Origin: an uncultured Thermococci archaeon | GTDB taxonomy: Archaea > Methanobacteriota_B > Thermococci > Methanofastidiosales > Methanofastidiosaceae | NCBI GenBank assembly: GCA_964500005.1 | Contig: CAZCMP010000002.1 | Coordinates: forward strand, 64,934-128,933 | Reading direction: 5' to 3' | DNA length: 64,000 bases | Shown: piece after piece, positions 62,067 through 64,000 of the stretch | Layout of the letters: every line of letters starts with the position of its first letter | Position numbering within the stretch: position 1 is the stretch's first letter | Program-made: the position numbers and the translations under genes | The notes under the pieces: generated by a model | What the model was told of the DNA's origin: nothing | Seen by the model: the letters and a program-made list of their open reading frames with translations, nothing else | Database searches by the model: none

Positions 62067-62489
62067 ATGATTTCCGAGATTTTGATAGCCGCAGTCGTTT
62101 TAATAGCTATTCTATTTGTAATCTATTTCTTTTACGCTCCAAAGAAAGAAGGTATCCCAAAAGAACCAGTTAGAAATTCAATCCCAAGAGAAGATGTTTC
62201 TTCATCACCTTATTATACTGAAGGGGAAGTAATAGTGGATGATGAGCTATATGGGATGAAACTTATATGGGATGCTTATCAGGAAAGAGTTGAAAATTTT
62301 ATAAAATTTCTTCAAAATTCAAAAAAAGTCCGGGATCCAAAAGTGATTAGTACTTTCCAAGAAATAGAGGGCGATTATGTCAAAATGAAGATAAGACTTA
62401 AACCATTTTTGAGGGACCATATGATAAAAAGTATGGATGAAAGAATTCTTTATGCAAAAGGATTGATGAACAAAAAATTTCAATATTAG
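62067..62489 (+). CDS. N-terminally membrane-anchored hypothetical protein
   Basis: 140 aa with one N-terminal TM. No recognisable domain. Confidence 0.35.
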   Translation: MISEILIAAVVLIAILFVIYFFYAPKKEGIPKEPVRNSIPREDVSSSPYYTEGEVIVDDELYGMKLIWDAYQERVENFIKFLQNSKKVRDPKVISTFQEIEGDYVKMKIRLKPFLRDHMIKSMDERILYAKGLMNKKFQY

Positions 62490-62538
62490 TGAAAATTATC
62501 TCAACAATAAACTTTAATATTAATCTATTCTATAATTT

Positions 62539-63444
62539 TTGATGTTTGGAATTCCTCTAATAATAATTATTTCTTCAATAATACTAGGGATCTATTTTCC
62601 CTCTTATGGAAAAGAAATGTCCCCAATTATTCCACTACTACAAAGCATCCTAATATTATTGTCCACACTCAAAGTAGATTTCAGGGTTTATAAGAAATAT
62701 ATTAAAATTTTAAAGCCTTTATTGTTAGGATTTTTCACATGCTACTTATTTATACCCGTGCTGTTTTTTATAGTTGGATTATTTTTATTCAGAATGAATT
62801 TAATAAATATTTCTTTATTTATTGGGATAATTATAACTGGAGTAGTGCCTCTGGCCGCAGGATCCACTCTAGTCTGGTCCAAGGAATTGGGAGGAAAAGT
62901 TGAAATTACATTACTCCTTATAGTTACAACAATATTGGCTTCTCCTTTAATAACTCCGTCCTACATCTACCTATTCTTAAAAGATCAAATAAATGTCAAT
63001 GCTCAAAGGATGTTTTTGGAGATGGCGTTGATAATATTTATCCCTGTTTTAATATCCATTATTATTAAAAAAAAGATAAGAAAAAGTTTGCATTCAAATT
63101 TTTCTTTTTTTGTTATGGGGGTTATTATCTACATTGCGATATCTAAAAGTGTAGAGAGGTTCGACTTGGTAAAAGGCTATTTATTTATTTCAATATTCTT
63201 ATCTCTAATTTTTATTATTATTACTCTGTTATTTTTATCAATTTTCTCCAATACTTTAAAATTAAAAAGAGAAGAAAAGGAATCAATCTTTATACCTTCT
63301 TTTTTCAAGAATATCAGTCTTGCAATAATTGTTGTTTCATTCTTCGAACCTGAAGTTGTATTCTTCCCAGTAGTCTATTATATTGTTGAGCAACTTGTTT
63401 CTCCACTCTACTATGAGACAAAAAAACAAAAGATAAAGGAATAA
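62539..63444 (+). CDS. Polytopic membrane transporter, BASS/AEC-like
   Basis: 301 aa, about 9-10 TM. The segment GVVPLAAGSTLVWSKELGGKVEITLLLIVTTILASPLITP resembles the BASS cross-over motif. Confidence 0.4.
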   Translation: MMFGIPLIIIISSIILGIYFPSYGKEMSPIIPLLQSILILLSTLKVDFRVYKKYIKILKPLLLGFFTCYLFIPVLFFIVGLFLFRMNLINISLFIGIIITGVVPLAAGSTLVWSKELGGKVEITLLLIVTTILASPLITPSYIYLFLKDQINVNAQRMFLEMALIIFIPVLISIIIKKKIRKSLHSNFSFFVMGVIIYIAISKSVERFDLVKGYLFISIFLSLIFIIITLLFLSIFSNTLKLKREEKESIFIPSFFKNISLAIIVVSFFEPEVVFFPVVYYIVEQLVSPLYYETKKQKIKE

Positions 63445-63482
63445 TTATTTATAATAAAAACAAATATATTAAGGAGATACGA

Positions 63483-63950
63483 ATGAGTAAAAAGAATAAA
63501 ACTTGGAAAGAGAAATTGGAGGGTAGTAAAGATTTGCCAAAAGTTGAGATAATAACAGATAAGATGTCTAAAAGATGGGGGGAGGGTACAGTTGTAATCC
63601 CCGCTCCAATAGAAGTAAATGATATCATGAAAACTGTTCCTGAAGGGAAATTAATCACAATTGATCAGATTAGAAAAAGACTTGCAGAAAAACATAATGC
63701 TTCTATAGGGTGCCCCTTGACAACAGGTATTTTTGCATGGGTGAGTGCACATGCTGCAAATGAGGCTGCTTTAGAGGGTGAAAGAAACATTACTCCTTAT
63801 TGGAGAACCCTAAAAACAGGGGGCGTAGTTAATGAAAAGTATCCTGGGGGCATTAATTATCAGAAACAACTTTTGGAAAGAGAAGGTCACAAAGTAATAC
63901 AAAAAGGAAAAAAATTCATTGTCCAAGATTATGAAAAAATGTTGATATAA
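63483..63950 (+). CDS. Alkyltransferase-like (ATL) / MGMT DNA-binding-domain protein lacking the catalytic Cys
   Basis: 155 aa. The C-terminal domain aligns with the MGMT active-site region, but P-C-H-R is replaced by P-Y-W-R (ITPYWRTLKTGGVV...GGINYQKQLLEREG). ATL proteins are known to have PWHR/PWWR at this position. Confidence 0.4.
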   Translation: MSKKNKTWKEKLEGSKDLPKVEIITDKMSKRWGEGTVVIPAPIEVNDIMKTVPEGKLITIDQIRKRLAEKHNASIGCPLTTGIFAWVSAHAANEAALEGERNITPYWRTLKTGGVVNEKYPGGINYQKQLLEREGHKVIQKGKKFIVQDYEKMLI

Positions 63951-64000
63951 CTGATATAACAATAAATTCTATTTAAAATCAACTTTCAATCTTTTGCTTT

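Overview
This 64 kb window is a low-GC (roughly 30-33% by eye) chromosomal segment of a methanogenic archaeon. It is dense in core informational and methanogenesis genes and contains no mobile elements, CRISPR arrays or recognisable defence systems. Most genes are on the minus strand.

Landmarks, in order:
- A conserved archaeal translation/transcription superoperon (1-12.2 kb): tuf (partial), fusA, rps7, rps12, nusA, rpl30e, rpoA'', rpoA', rpoB (unsplit), rpoH.
- Two tRNAs, Lys-TTT and Asp-GTC.
- Ribosomal protein L13e with a lysine-rich tail, and transcription factor S (TFS).
- An MFS transporter.
- A methyl-coenzyme M reductase operon in the order mcrB-mcrD-mcrG-mcrA, with no mcrC inside it.
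- An Mrp/ApbC iron-sulfur carrier ATPase with a NifX-like domain gene and a Zn-ribbon gene.
- Paired short-chain chromate transporter genes.
- atwA (Mcr component A2).
- The tRNA m2G10 methyltransferase aTrm11, and PCNA.
- A 1649-aa cell-surface protein with a long cytoplasmic coiled-coil tail.
- MinD with an overlapping small membrane-protein ORF.
- A short archaeosortase-like protein and a GT4 glycosyltransferase.
- An RNase P RNA gene that the ORF track does not show.
- Lipid-biosynthesis genes: GGGP synthase, G1P dehydrogenase, and a CarS/dolichol-kinase-like protein.
- argF.
- A second conserved cluster: rpl12(P1), rpl10(P0), rpl1, rpl11, spt5, secE, ftsZ.
- D-aminoacyl-tRNA deacylase, pheS and pheT.
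- A stand-alone mcrC followed by an overlapping HAD / soluble P-type ATPase-like gene.
- FEN-1, an unlisted 58-aa rpoK, a winged-helix regulator, and a UPF0179-family protein.
- A MutS2-like protein.
- hypC, hypD and a gamma-carbonic-anhydrase-like protein.
- Peroxiredoxin, a class I SAM methyltransferase, a metallophosphoesterase, and an alkyltransferase-like (ATL) protein.

A lineage constraint follows from what the sequence shows:
- rpoB is unsplit.
- The mcr operon is mcrBDGA, with mcrC elsewhere.
- L13e is present.
- TAG is used frequently as a stop codon (S12, NusA, RpoA'', RpoH, the HAD protein, UPF0179).
- Established knowledge: rpoB is split in Methanococcales, Methanobacteriales and other classical methanogen orders, so those orders are excluded.
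- Inference: the frequent TAG stops argue against a pyrrolysine-recoding Methanomassiliicoccales genome.
It is therefore more likely a non-classical methanogen, possibly Methanofastidiosa-like or another deep lineage, but this cannot be settled from sequence alone.

The most interesting unexplained items are:
- the giant surface protein with a cytoplasmic coiled-coil tail;
- the MinD-coupled micro-membrane protein;
- a TPR plus J-domain protein;
- a NifX-like ORF with no canonical start codon;
- a gamma-carbonic-anhydrase-like gene embedded between hypCD and mutS2.

Plus-strand ORFs nested antisense inside these minus-strand genes are treated as spurious.
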